Assembly (NCBI GenBank): GCA_013239625.1
Contig: MU054323.1
Span: 12,097,694 to 12,161,693 of the forward strand
DNA: 64,000 nt
Direction: 5' to 3'
DNA from: Lama guanicoe
Lineage: Eukaryota
The notes beneath the pieces are model-generated. The model searched no databases. It had not been told where the DNA came from and worked only from the letters and a program-made list of their open reading frames with translations. Shown piece by piece: positions 13,030-25,704 of the stretch (the first letter of the stretch is position 1; each line of letters opens with the position of its first letter). Position numbers and translations under genes: made by a program.

Positions 13030-13810
13030 AAGGAAAATACCTAGGAGTAGAATTGCTGGGTTATGCAGTAACCTATGTTTAACATTTTCAGGAACATTTC
13101 AGAAATTGCCGCTCTTTTCCCAAGATGCTACACCATTTCACATTCCACCAGCAATGTATATGTGTTCTGATTTCTTCACATCCTCATCAATCTTCATTAC
13201 TGTACATCATTTTGATTACAGCCACTCTGCTGGGTGTGAAATGGCATCTAATCGTGGTTTGGTTTTTTTTCTGAACATTTTTTTATTGAGTTATAGTCAT
13301 TTTACAATGTTGTGTCAAATCTAATCGTGGTTTTTGATTTGCATTTCCCAAATGATTAATAATATTGAGCATCTTTTTATGTCCTTATTGGACATTGTGT
13401 ATTTTTTTAAAGAAATAACTATTCCTTTGTCCATTTTAATTGGGTTATTTACCTTTTTATTATTGAGTTGTAAGACGTCTTTATGCATTCTGGATATAAG
13501 TCCCTTATCAGATGTGTGATACTTTTTTGGTAGTGTCCCTTGAGGAACAAAAGTTTTTAATTTTGATAAAGTCCAACTTGCCAGTTTTCACTTTTATTGC
13601 TTATGCTTTTGTGTCATATCTAAGAAATCATTGCCTAATCCAACATCATAAAGATTTATTCCTATGTTTTCTTCTGTGGGTTTTATAGTTTTAGCTCTTA
13701 TATTTAGCTTTATGATTCACTTTGAGTTAATTTGTGTTTATTGTGCAAGACAGGGATTCAAATCCATTCTCCTGCATGTGGATATCCAGTTATCTCAATA
13801 CAGATTTGCT
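13030..13810 (-). mobile_element. L1MB-like fragment
   Basis: cctaggagtagaattgctggg, cattccaccagcaatgtat, tttgcatttcccaaatgatt, ggatatccagttatc. Confidence 0.8.
13261..13318 (-). mobile_element. Ultra-short young L1 3' tail with 15-bp target-site duplication
   Basis: Reverse complement matches the end of the element at 1-223. atctaatcgtggttt occurs at both 13246-13260 and 13319-13333. Confidence 0.85.
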
Positions 13811-15594
13811 TAAAGAATAAAAAATTTGATATGACAGGTCTTCAGTGATTACCAGGCACCTGGGTTTTTTCCTACAGTTCTTATAGGCTAAAGAAAAATA
13901 ATGAATCTATTAAAGCAGTGCAGGGAAGAACAAATCTGCTTTTACCTAACATATTTTTATAGCTTTCAGAATGGAGGAGAGATGCGTTAGAACTGTTGAC
14001 AATGTGTGACGGTGTGTTTCAGCTACACAAGGCTCTGCTAATAACTCTGCTAGTAGCTGCACTGAGAAGACCAGATAAGGACTAGATGGAACCCCCAGAG
14101 GCCAAATGACTGTTGTACAGAAGGCTACAGGGCTTGTTTTCAACTTTTACATTTTTCTATCCCAAATTTTCAATAAAATGTGTTGGGAGTTTTGTCCATA
14201 TTTAAAATTCATCTCTAGTTTCATAACGGACAAAATGAGGGTCTAGTTTATGTGACTGCCTCTGTGAAGATTTCCCAGACTCCTTGCAGATACCATCTCA
14301 CAATTTTCTATTTTCTCCTTCTGGTTTTGTTGTTTGTTTTGCTTTGCTTTTTCATTTCTTCTGCTTTCCCTGCATTATTTTGGGATTGAGTAGTTTTTTT
14401 TGTGATTGCTTTTTTTTCCCCACTACTAGTTTATTATTTATATATCTCCCTTTTTACATTGTTGTCCTGAAGTTTATACAACACACCTCTGAACTTAACA
14501 CAGTTTACAGTCAAATGTATACTCTATATCGTATATTGTAAGAATCTTAAAGGAGTCAACAAAATAAGTTAACGCGTTAATGAATTAATTAACAAAATTT
14601 AATTGATTTTATGGTACTTGCTTTCTAGTCAGTGTTGGGAATAATGCACCCCAACAGGACCCTCTTCTTTGGGGCCTCTAGAGTGAGGAAAACAGAGCCG
14701 GTGAGGAGGGAAACCCCGCCGGATGCTTGTTGCTCTGGCTGCTCTCCTCGCCCTTTGGCCTCACTGAACTTGGACGCTGTCACAGGCTTCTCAGAACAAT
14801 TTCTTCACCTCTTTCTCACAAGTGTCACTGCTGCACAGAACTTAAACCTCTCTTTATGAGGTGTGAGGACAGAAATACAATTAAATTACTTATTGTAAGA
14901 CACAGCCATATGGCTTTTGTTTAAAGAAACTCTGCTTCTTCCCTTATTAAAAAAAAAAAAAAAGGAGCTCCAAGAAGAGCATAGTCTCTCTCTCAGAGGA
15001 CAAGGAAGGGAGCTGGCTTATATAGACCTGGACACCAGGGAAAGGGGAGAAGCCCCCTCTGTCAGGGAGAGGCCTCCTCTCTCAAGGCCCTTTGCCTCAC
15101 TCTGCTGCCAACCTTTCCCTACCCTCGCCCCATTCCTCCCATGTAACTCCTCACCTGCCTCACCTATTCTCTCTGTTCCCCTCCTCCTCCCAGTCAGCCT
15201 ACCAAGTGGGAGAGGATACTGCATATCCTTACCAAGACTCTGACTACACTGAGCAAAGCCAAACTCTGCACCAAGGTGGTCAGGACAAGAGGAAGTAACA
15301 CAGCTTAATACATACTTTAACCTTCCCCCAAAACATACTTCACTCATCCAAATTCCAAGCTGTGGTTAGCGGGAAGAAATGAGATGCAACACAAATAGCA
15401 CAGAAACTTTGAAGATCACAGCCCAGTAGACTGATAGAAAGAGCAAATCTCTTATTTAGAAATCAAATCCACTCAATGGCTATTAAATCACCCAAGCACC
15501 CACATTACCATCGGGCAACCTGCCTCTTTCATCATGGGATAGTATACATGCTGCAAAACAATCAGCAGCCTCCTTTAGAAGGTTTTGCTCTACG

Positions 15595-15600
15595 TTTATT
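15595..15600 (-). terminator. Candidate distal polyadenylation signal AATAAA (~3.5 kb 3' UTR)
   Basis: tttatt on +, with GU-rich tgattgttttg about 30 nt downstream on the minus strand. Confidence 0.4.
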
Positions 15601-16736
15601 GTCACCCTGCTTATGTGCTATGCCTGGACCTCAGCCCACAGCCTATTAAAGAATCGAAAGGCCAAGCAAGAAAGGAAATGACTCTTCCTAAGTCCCTTCC
15701 TTCACATCCAAGAACTTTCTCCCTTCCTTCTTGGTGAAATTAACATTAAGTTACCATAGAAAGTCAAGACAGCTATTACAAAACTACAGGGAGGCAAAAC
15801 CATAGGCTTATTCATTAGTTTTTGAAAGAGTTTAAACCACTTAAATCATTATTTGATTGCAAATTTCTTATTAGAGGTCCTCTCTCCTTCTGAATACAGC
15901 AGAACCAATGTTGCCCCTTATGAAGATGTTAGGGATGAGGGGAAGTTGTGATGTGAAAACACAAACATCATCTCTGATACATCTTCATTTTATCAAATAG
16001 GTTCATGATAAGGGCATCAGTCAGTTCCCCATCCCAGCCCCCACCCCACAGGGAGGGAAGCTGGTTCCACCCAACGCACAGGACAATCAGTGCGTATCTG
16101 AATTGTGGCACAGCACTTAAACGCTGGCTATTTTCATCCTGTGTGAGTTCTTCAGAAATCCAGTGGCAGCCCATGAAAGGGAAAGAATCATGTCTAATTC
16201 AACAATATCCTACCACCCTTTACCATTTTTCATATAAACACTCAATAAATGATTGTTGAGTGAATGAGTGTATTCAGGCCTTAAATTCACACCTACCTTG
16301 TAGGCTCTGCTGGGTCTCTCTTATAAAATCTTGCTGTGCTTTAAGAAGAGAAGACTTCTGATCCTTAGAGTCAAGATAAGACGGTTGCTCTGACCAGCTA
16401 TGCGACACCTTGGAAGGCATGTTAACACTGGGTCTCAGTGTCTCCATCTATAATATGAAGCAGTGGGACTAGCTGATGACTTAAATGTGCTTTGGCTCTT
16501 TAATTCTGAAAACAAACAAAGCATTACAAAACCTCCTATAAGGGCAGTGGGAAAACATTTCCTCCATGAAAGTTTTGGCAGGAGTCAGGCATAGTATCTA
16601 GTTAGCTAAGCCAGTCAAATTTCAGCACCTCGTTTCAAAAACCACTCCACAGAAACCTAAATTAACCATATTTTTGTTGCACTCTAGCTTTAGGAGAAGA
16701 GAGAAGTATGTCTGGGAACAAGCAAGACTTCAGACC

Positions 16737-16742
16737 TTTATT
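16737..16742 (-). terminator. Candidate polyadenylation signal AATAAA
   Basis: tttatt on +, followed on the minus strand by gtcttgcttgttccc. Confidence 0.3.
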
Positions 16743-17494
16743 GTATTCCATCTGCAAACGCATTGTAGCCCTAAAAGAGAAACTGGGTTGAAAACTGTAC
16801 ACTGCAGTCATCGAGAGAATATTTAAGATTATGTGAAGCTTATTCTACACTATATTAAATTAAGAAGGTTCATGATCATGATAACTTGAAAGGACGATAA
16901 AGTTCCTTACATTTCCAAACGTGTAAGTTACCTTAGTAAATCAGGGTTGGTCTAAATAAAATTCTGGAGAAAACCCTCTAGTGGCAAAAACATGCAATTG
17001 CTGAAGAGCAGTTTCGTTGAGATTTCACACACCAGGCAAATAAATAGTTGCTACCCTTTATTGAGCACTTACTACATTTCAAGGACCAACCCGATGTTTC
17101 ATATGGAAATAAGATAAAGGATTTCATAAAGGCAGTTTTCAATGTCATGGAGAGAATGGGAAATCTTTTATTTCGCAGAACCCACGCTACCCCTTAAACT
17201 TTATTTCACTGAATGTGTTTTCCCCACTCTCCTGTGTGCTCCTGAACACTGGGGGTGGCATCCAGTCTTAGCATGTTCTCCTGCATCTTTACTGCACCTG
17301 CCTGGAGATCTGAGCTGTGGCTGACAAGCTCTATAAGTTATATTTCTCTTTTATTTTCAGCTCAGAGTCTTGAATGTCAAATTGGCAAAATGAAAAGAAG
17401 AGAAAAAGGAAGCAACACAAGCAAAAAAAACAGAAAAAAGGGTGAACAAACACAGATTAACACCTTATGAAAATCTTCATGAGTTTCGGGATCT

Positions 17495-17500
17495 TTTAAT
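17495..17500 (-). terminator. Candidate proximal polyadenylation signal ATTAAA (~1.6 kb 3' UTR)
   Basis: tttaat on +, followed on the minus strand by GU-rich ggtgttaatctgtgtttgtt. Confidence 0.4.
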
Positions 17501-19107
17501 TAAAAAAGGTTACTTAACATACATGATTCGAGAGGCATTTAATAAACAGTAAAACACGTATTTATATGATGACAATTTGTATTCTTCAGTAATCTACATA
17601 CTCTTCAGATCTTCTGAGTGCCTTGTGTGTTTTATCTAGTAAATTTCAGTTCTTAGCACTGCATCTAACAAAACTGGTTCTCACTTCTCCAAGGGGTCTG
17701 CTACATATTACCAACACTTGCCACAAACCTAGACCTGAGGAGGCAAATATCACCATTATGTTCTGAAGACGAATGTTCAGCCCCTTCCTTAGAGAGCCCA
17801 GCCTCAGCACCCACGTGATGGTGACCCCTCCACAGAGGTCACAAATTCTAATGTGTACCAGCTGATCATCCCAGTTCTTAGCAGGCTCTTCTGGCCAAGA
17901 TCCTGTGACGTTTTAAAGGAAGCTAAAAAAATGTAGAAATCTAATTTTTAAAGTTTGGAAATTTTGAATATATAAAAAAAAAAGAAAAGAAAACCAAACT
18001 ATGAGTGAAACACTTCTGGAGCTAAAAGACAGGTTTTCTTCCCAGAGATGTCCCTCCGGTTACAGTTTTCAGGCTCTGTCCCCAGGACTTTCGAGGAATG
18101 ATGTTCAAGGTACCCCCAAGACATGCCTTCTTGATTAGATCCGGAGGACTGTGACGCAGAAAGTCCAGAAGAGAAGAGTTGCTGGGTGCTTCTGTGATGC
18201 TTCATTTTCACTGTACATGTCTCCGCAAGGCAAGTGGCATATGCTCTTACTCGATAATTTTCCTCATCTAACACTTTCATTATTTGGATATTTCCACCAG
18301 TTTCCAACAATATGAGAGCTTACAGTGTGTTGTGAAACACTAATCCTCTCTGCAGTCAACCAGAGTCACGTACTCTTCTTTGTGTTCATTAAAACCTTAC
18401 CTTCAAAAAAACCCACCCGAGTTCTCTGGGTTAGGCTATGATATCTCTAAAAGAAACCACGGACTCTTCAGGAAGACAGAGGTACTGGGACAATGCACAA
18501 CTTTGAAATCGGGTCAATGCCTCGTTGCATTTCAGCACTGCGAAGAGAGAGCTCCTCTATTAAAAGTCTACTTAATCATTTCACATCTTTCATAATTAAC
18601 TAAGGAAAAGGAAGATGTGACTGGGTTCTCATTTGGGATAAGATTTGCTCTGGGTCTGTGCAGCTTCAGAATTTCAATCTCTGCTGATTTGTACAGGGCT
18701 CAAATGCACCCGTTTAACAAATTCTACAGGCACTATCCTCAACTCAAAACCTTCTCGACGACAGGGGTACTTTACATTGACACAGAAAAGATACAAAGCC
18801 ACATGTACTCGGGTCATTCAAAGAAAAAGACATACAGGGAAGTTCGCACTTTCTAGGAGGAATAGCTAAGCAGCAGGTGTCTGTACGTGGTAAAGGGTCT
18901 TGCTGAAGCTTCAGTAGGAGATTAGGATAGAGATCCCCAGGAAGGGAGGAAGGAAACTCTAAAGGGACCAAGGCAGACCTTTAGGCTGGCTGCCAGAACA
19001 CGAGAGACCTACTATTACATATACACAGCGGGAAGTTACATGTTCAGCAGCTTGATGGTTTTTGACAGGATTGTTGAACAGCCTGATCCCTTTTCCATTT
19101 GGTTTCT

Positions 19108-19174
19108 TTAAAAGATGAATGGAATGAGAGCTTTCCGAGACTTGGGGTAGTCCTCAAACATCTTGAGGTAGAAC
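19108..19174 (-). CDS. SRD5A2: SRD5A2 coding part of exon 5 (67 nt including TAA)
   Basis: Acceptor tcttttAG|GTT. Translation (R)FYLKMFEDYPKSRKALIPFIF, stop TAA at 19110-19108. Confidence 0.97.
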
Positions 19175-19384
19175 CTAAAAGACAAGAAAGGAATAATTAT
19201 AAATATAACCAAACTGTGGTCAACGACTGAGGTTTCATCTGTCTGAAATCCCTGACATAAATCAGCCCCCAGTTATTCAGAGCCTGACTTTTCCAGATGG
19301 CCATCTGTCATCTTCCTCTGTCCTGTCTCCAATCTGTTTTAAGTGCTGAAGTGTCTTGTGTTGAGAAATAAAAAGTAACAGCCA

Positions 19385-19500
19385 GAGGACAGCAGTGATG
19401 GCTGTACAACATGGTGCATGTACTTGATGCCAATGAATGGTAAATTTATTGTCTTAAAATGGTAAATTTTATGTCGTGTATATTTCGCCCAGTAAAACAA
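19385..19500 (+). mobile_element. L1M extreme 3' end fragment (intron 4)
   Basis: gtgatggctgtacaacatggtgcatgtacttgatgcc...aaaatggtaaattttatgt. Confidence 0.6.
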
Positions 19501-19660
19501 ATGTCACGGCCAGAAAGAAGTACCCAATGGATTCAGTTGAGAAATACAAGGAACCAGAGACCCAAAAGAGCATGGGCAAGGTTAACCCTAGACAACTAGT
19601 CATGTTCCCAGGAAAATAGCCCTTCATGAGGCCTGAGAATGCCAGGAAAATGTTACCTTC

Positions 19661-20116
19661 TTATGGGTTAAATTGTATCCCCCTAAAAATATATGCTGAA
19701 GTCCTAACCCCTCAGTATATGAGAATGTGACCTTATTTTGGAAATAGGGTCATTGTAGATATAATTTATTAAGTTAAGATGAGGTCATACTGGAGCAACG
19801 TGGGCCTTTAAGCCACTATGACTGGCCTTCTCATGAGAAGGGGAAGAAACGACACAGAGACAGACACACGGGGAGAAGACAGAGGCAGGGATTAGAGTGA
19901 CGCAGCTATAAGCCGTGAACACCAAGGATTACTGCCACTGCCAGAAGCTAGGAAGAGGCAAGGGAGGATTCCTCCCTCGAGCCTTCAGAGAGCATGGCTC
20001 TGCCCACATCCTGATTTCAGACTTCTGCCTCCAGAACTATGAAAGAATAAATTTCTGTTCTTTTAAGCCACTCATTTTGTGGTCATCTGTTTCAGCAGCC
20101 CCAGGAGACTAATACA
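19661..20116 (+). mobile_element. MLT1 (ERVL-MaLR) solo LTR, MLT1B/C-like
   Basis: tatgggttaaattgtatcccc...ccagaagctaggaagaggcaagg...aataaatttctgttcttttaagcc...actaataca. Confidence 0.85.
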
Positions 20117-21119
20117 TCTCATAAAAAGGCTTTCTCTTTAAGTGACCAGGTTTTTCTCTGAACTAACACTCTGCACAAGTACCTTAGTTTGAACTGGGGT
20201 ACAAATAGTAATAATACATCACAGGAGGTGGCTGGCTTTCCATGCTGTGATTTGAGGTCTGCAGAGCTGCCTCTCACAAACCCCAGTTAGCCCTATAAAA
20301 AAAAGAGGCCCTCTGATCTTCCCTCTGAAGCTGCCTGACATAACAGGACAGGACCTCAGTTTGGATTTTGCTGTTGCACCAGCTGGAATCCTCTGGTGAA
20401 AATGCTGTCCCTCCCCTGACCAGGGCCCCTCCAAATGCTGGCAATGCCCTGTCCTCTCCCTCACCACTCTGAGTCTGGTGGGCCACAGGCCCTACCTGAA
20501 AGGGAGACAACTGTTATGCTGACTCTCCTACAGGCTGGGGACCCTCTGGCCCCCTTCCCCACCAAGCCCAGGAGAGCTGCTGTTTCATTCACTTCCGACA
20601 GCTCCCTGCATAAACTGCACTCAAGGAAAAGAATTCATTCTCAGCTTAACCTTCAAAACTATGAAATTAATCATTAGTTGAACATTAGTCGAACATAATA
20701 GCAACTTAGTATGTAACCTTCTTAGTTAACTTTTAGTTAGCTCTTCTGTCCCCACCCCATCCCAGGTGCAGGGGATGGGAGGGAAGTAGGAGTTAGTAAA
20801 GCTTCAGGCTATACCTGCAGGGGAGTCTAAACCCCTGCAATTCCCAGAATTCATCAGTAGACGGCATAGTCCTGAGACTGCACAACACAAGTACACAACT
20901 GTTGATCCTACCTTCCCAGAAAGCCAGCAATGCCCCTGATTAGAATTTATGGAGGATCTGGATAGGGGAAGGAGGAGAGTTCCAAAATAAGCCCTGGTAT
21001 TATACAGATCCTGGGAAGATAATCCTGGAGTTTCCAGGGCTCTGTGATGACCTGAACTGTTAGCATCAAACTTAGAATCAAAACAGCAGCCACACTAGAC
21101 ACAGGGCTAGTGCTTTTTC

Positions 21120-21310
21120 CCGGTGGTTCTCAACCCTGGCTGCACCTGAGAATTACCTCTGAAGTTCTGGAAAGTGCCACCCATGGTCCCACCCATGGAA
21201 CACACTTGGACAGGTGTGGTGGAGGTGAACTGAACTGAAGCATGGGAATGGAAGCTATGTCTTGTACCTCCTGACTCTTACCTACAGCCCACTGCCAAAC
21301 AGTAGCCACT
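21120..21310. mobile_element. MER5-like hAT MITE remnant
   Basis: gtggttctcaaccctggctgcacctgagaattacct. Confidence 0.45.
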
Positions 21311-21674
21311 GCCAGGTAAGCCTGACAGGAGCACACAGAGCACAGGTGAACTAACTCACGTGGACACAAAGTGCTCCTCTCCGAGAAGCCTTCTTCAACA
21401 AGGCGGCACATGGCTTCCCAAGTCACCTTGAGTGCCCTGTGTATGTAGGTTTGATTTTGCTCATAGAAAAAAAAGTTACCGCTACTGCCACCCAGCTAAA
21501 TTGAAAATTCAGTGAAAACCTAAGAAGTCAGAGTTTACTAGTCTGGACTATTGTATCAACCTTACCTTGTAAAAAATAAATCTCTTAGGTTTCTAAATCT
21601 GACTCTTGTGTTAATAAAAGCCTGTTCAGAGAAGAAAGCCGCGTGGATGCTGCCACCTTGATTGAAAAGTTTAC

Positions 21675-21825
21675 CTATGGTGGTGAAAAGCTCGCTGCCC
21701 AAGGAAACAAAGTGAGAAGAATGCAAACGCAAGTCCTGGGAGGGACCAAGTGGCCAGGGCGTAGCCAATCCATTCAATGATCTCACCAAGGAAATTGGCT
21801 CCAGAAACATACGTGAACAAGCCAC
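21675..21825 (-). CDS. SRD5A2: SRD5A2 coding exon 4 (151 nt)
   Basis: Acceptor gcAG|GTG, donor TAG|GTAAAC. Translation (G)GLFTYVSGANFLGEIIEWIGYALATWSLPGLAFAFFSLCFLGQRAFHHH(R), seen in ORF 21671..21856. Confidence 0.98.
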
Positions 21826-23383
21826 CTGCGTGCAGAAGAATGAACAAGTCAATCACCAGAACTGGATCACTGCCCTGTTAAAACCCCTCTGCTTTGTTCC
21901 AAAATACATGAGGGCATCCAGACCTGATGCGGGGCTGGATACTGCCTTCACAGCCATGGGAGTTTGGTGGAATCCTCCCGGGGAGAAAGGAAAACAAAGC
22001 CTTGCAGCCAGTAGCCCTCAGAACAGCCTAGAGTCATGAGGAGTGGCCCCAACTGCCGAATGGGCTCCATCCACTCTCTAACAACTGCTGGACCACTGGC
22101 TCTGAACAGGTCTGCGGTTTGTTCCGTTCTATCAAGTAACATTTCCAACCGCCTTTCACCTTCTCACTCCTTCCCTGGACACCCGCACTGCCCGTCAGAC
22201 CACATCACTGTTCACAGTCACAAAAGTGAAACAACACACGCCGTGAAAATAATAAAAATCTGAACTGATGTGGGAAGTAACCAGACTCCCCTCTGGCCAT
22301 TGCCCTCCCCTCGCGCAAAGCAGTTCCCTCTGTTTAAGCTTCAGGTGCGGAGTGGGAGCTGCACGGGTTTGCCCTCCTCGAGGCTCGGGCATCTGTACTG
22401 ATTTTAAAGGTTTCCTTTTCTCTCCAACCACTATTTCTGATCTCAAAACTATGTCTAGAAACCAACACATTCTAATGACAGTAAATATTTCTACACTTAG
22501 AATTTCTGTCCCACACTAGACTGGGAAAGTTTTAACCAGAACAATTCTTTTTCTTTCCATGTTATATAAAGAATATCTTGTTTTTAAACCATTCTCTAAC
22601 CTAACTTAATAGCTGGAAACTAAGCTTGGCAATCGAGCTTTTAAGAAGTTCCTCTGCTCTTCTCTATTTGTCTAGTTACTGAGTGAAGACTTAAAAAAAT
22701 CAAAGCCCCTTAAAGTTATCTTCCTTAAGGGTGGCATTGCATCAGCAGTTCTTGACCTGCAATTCCCCAGATCCCAGAAGGAACCACTGGCCTATTGCGA
22801 AAGGTCTATAAACAGTCTATGAATATAGCAAACAGTATAGATCTCAACCTACAGTTATTTTTGCTTGTTATAGATACTGTTAGGGTGTTAGCAACATGCA
22901 AATTTATTTAAATGTGTTATTGAATCCAAAGTAGCTTTGTCATTGTTTTTGTAATCAGTAGATACTAATCTGTGTTAACCCCATGTCATAATTCATTTAT
23001 TTTTAATGTATTTACATCAAAAAAGGTGAGGAGTCACTGACCTACACTAAAACCCCCTAAAAATATTGAAGGATGACTTAGACTAATTCACTCCCACCTG
23101 CTTGTATTTGTCAACTTCACATCCTGGTTACTTAGGAATCATTAGGATTTCAAATATTCTGCACCTTTACCTCTGAAAATGCATTTGTGAGATTTCCCAT
23201 GCTAATTTTTGACTAGAAAAATATGGCTCCTCTGAAGCTTTAAGAACATACAAGTGGCAGGAAATGCACAAACACTACCCCTGGCAACGCACTAGAAAGT
23301 CTAATGAGACTTGCTGAAGAGGACAGATCTGTCGGTCGTGCATGATTTACCTTTATTTGCTAACCCAGGAAGGATTGACACTC

Positions 23384-23866
23384 TGTACGTAGGATGGTTA
23401 ATTTTTTGTATCAGCCATGAGTGTGCCCAGACATTTGGTTAATCATTATTTCTGGGTGTGTCTGTGAAGCTTTTTCTGGGGAGATGATTCCTGAATCCAG
23501 ACTGAGTAAAGCAGATTGTCCTCCCCAGTGCTGATGGGCATCCAGGCCGCCAGAGGCCTGAACAGAACAACAGGCAGGGTAAGGGAGAGTCTGCTCTGTT
23601 TCTGAGCTGGGATATCAGTCCCCTGCACTCAGACTGGAACTTGCATGGTGAGCTCTCCTAGTTCTCAGGCTTTGGGACTCAAGCTAGAAATTACACCACC
23701 TACTCTCCGGGGTCTCCACCTTGCAGACGGCTGATCATGGGATTTCTCAGCCTCCATAACCATGTGAGCCAATCCCTTATAATAAATAACTTCATCAACA
23801 TCTACATCGATAGCTATGCTACATCTATTCCTACTGGTTCTATGTTTCTGGAGAACCCTAATGCGG
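23384..23866 (+). mobile_element. MLT2 (ERVL) solo LTR
   Basis: gatggttaatttt...gcccagacatttgg...ctcagcctccataaccatgtgagccaatcccttataataaa...tctggagaaccct. Confidence 0.85.
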
Positions 23867-24191
23867 CACAGTAATCTCAGCTACTCCAACGAAGTGGCAG
23901 CCTTCCTCCATCCTATTCCAAACCTCACACTCCCCTCCCCTCAAGGGTCCTGTGGTCATGAACCTTCCTGAGGTTCTTGTACTACTTGTACTACTCTTGA
24001 TCTTTAAAAGTTCAGATCAGAAATGCAAATGTATGGTGGAGTAGAATAGGATATGGAGGAGAGGTCGGGGGGAATTGGGATACAGGGTTGTTTGTGCCCT
24101 GTCTGTCCCCTCTCCACTTGTCACTCACAGCATAATTCCTGGTGCAGTCTCCCAAGGAAGAGTGGGAACCTGGAGGGCAGGGGGACATTAC

Positions 24192-24293
24192 CTTGTGGGA
24201 TCCTATAGGTGGTTTCTCCAGGCTTCCTGAGCCGGCGCAGGATATAGTCACTATGAATGTTGATTCCCATTCCCAAAATAAATAAGAAGACAC
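24192..24293 (-). CDS. SRD5A2: SRD5A2 coding exon 3 (102 nt)
   Basis: Acceptor tttgccaAG|GTG, donor AAG|GTAATG. Translation (G)VFLFILGMGINIHSDYILRRLRKPGETTYRIPQ(G). Confidence 0.97.
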
Positions 24294-24659
24294 CTTGGCA
24301 AAGAAGAGAGGGAAGACATTAAAAAGTTGTTCTGATTTTGGCGTTTTTCTCCCAAGCTAAGTTTTTTTTCCCTAAAAATAAAGGGAAAGGCACTTAACTT
24401 TGAATTCTAAGAATCATACAGAGATGGGGGGAAAAAAAAGAGGGGGTAGGCAATTAACCCTGGCCCCAGGTTTGAATGGAGGGGCTGTGCTGTTTCATAG
24501 ACCAAGACTAAAAATGCACAGCGGCACGTGATGACGGCAAGTGGGAGAGGGGCGAGGGAGGCACCACCATCACCCAATACTTACATAAATAAGTAAATAA
24601 AATAAATAAATGAATAGACAGCAAGCCTTCAGCTCATTCACAAATAACCAAACCATGGT

Positions 24660-25128
24660 CAGCAAACTCAACAGCCAATTCCAACCCCTTCTTCTTTGCC
24701 ACCTTCCACTATAGAGGCCGGAGGGCTGGAAGCTAGTCTTGTGACCTAGTTCTGCAAAGAGGATGTAAAGAGAAGTCTTCTGGGGGCTTCCTTGGAAATA
24801 TTTTGCTTTTCCAATAAAGGGGGCAGATGGAATCTGCTTCTACAGCCTCCCTCTTCCTTTGTTGCCAGATGCAATGTCTTGAGCCACAGGAACTGTCTTG
24901 CAAAACCATGAAGTGGCTATCATGAGGACTAGACGTAAATATGCTGAGAACAGTGGAATGGAAAGAAAGTTCCTGGGACCTTAATGACACCAATAAACAA
25001 CTGAAGGAATGCAGACACCACCTACCTTTGGACATTCTTGTTATGTAAAAAATGTAAAATTGTAGTTATTTAAGTCACTTAGAGCTGGTTTTCTGTCACT
25101 TATTGCTGAGAGCATTACTGATTGACAT
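24660..25128 (+). mobile_element. Old MaLR LTR (MLT1J-like)
   Basis: tgtgacctagttctg...ggacattcttgttatgt...tttaagtcactt...ttttctgtcactt. Confidence 0.55.
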
Positions 25129-25539
25129 ATCCATTCTCATGGAAGTAACTGGAGAGCCTGGCACCTAGCAAACTGGTTTCCACTGCTGCTGGTTCATACA
25201 TACACTCCCCTTCTCCATTTGCTGGTACAGAAAGGACCCTGGTCCGAGGTGAGGAGAGCTAGGATCAGGCATGCTTGCTCTTATATCCCAATAGGCCCAG
25301 AAACACTCACTGTTCCACAAGGATGCCCAACCCCATCTCTCAGCCAAGTGTATTTGTGTTGATCAAAATACTTCAGGCAAAAAGCAAGAACAACTAAATT
25401 AGAAACAGATCTACTCTCACCACATTTGCTGTTATATGAAACAACAATTTTCAATCTTGTCTAATCAAAAGATCATTAGCCTGGAAGAAAGGGAACCTGG
25501 GAGGGGACGTCAGTGGAGGGAGGGAAAGGGGTGGAGAGA

Positions 25540-25690
25540 TAGCACATATAGCAGTGGAAAAGCAAGCACCTTAGCTTCAATGTCTGTGTGTTCTTGGACA
25601 ATTCATTTAACCTCTCTCAGCCTCAGTTTTCTCCTCTGTAAAATACAGATTTTAACAGTACCTGCCTTACAAGGATGGTATGAGACTTCA
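25540..25690 (+). mobile_element. MIR SINE
   Basis: catttaacctctctcagcctcagttttctcctctgtaaaat core. Confidence 0.7.
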
Positions 25691-25704
25691 TTCACGTGTT
25701 GATT

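Noticed and set aside
14569..14580. Perfect 12-bp palindrome ttaacgcgttaa in an AT-rich patch
   Set aside because: A palindrome this short is expected by chance in 64 kb; no supporting context.
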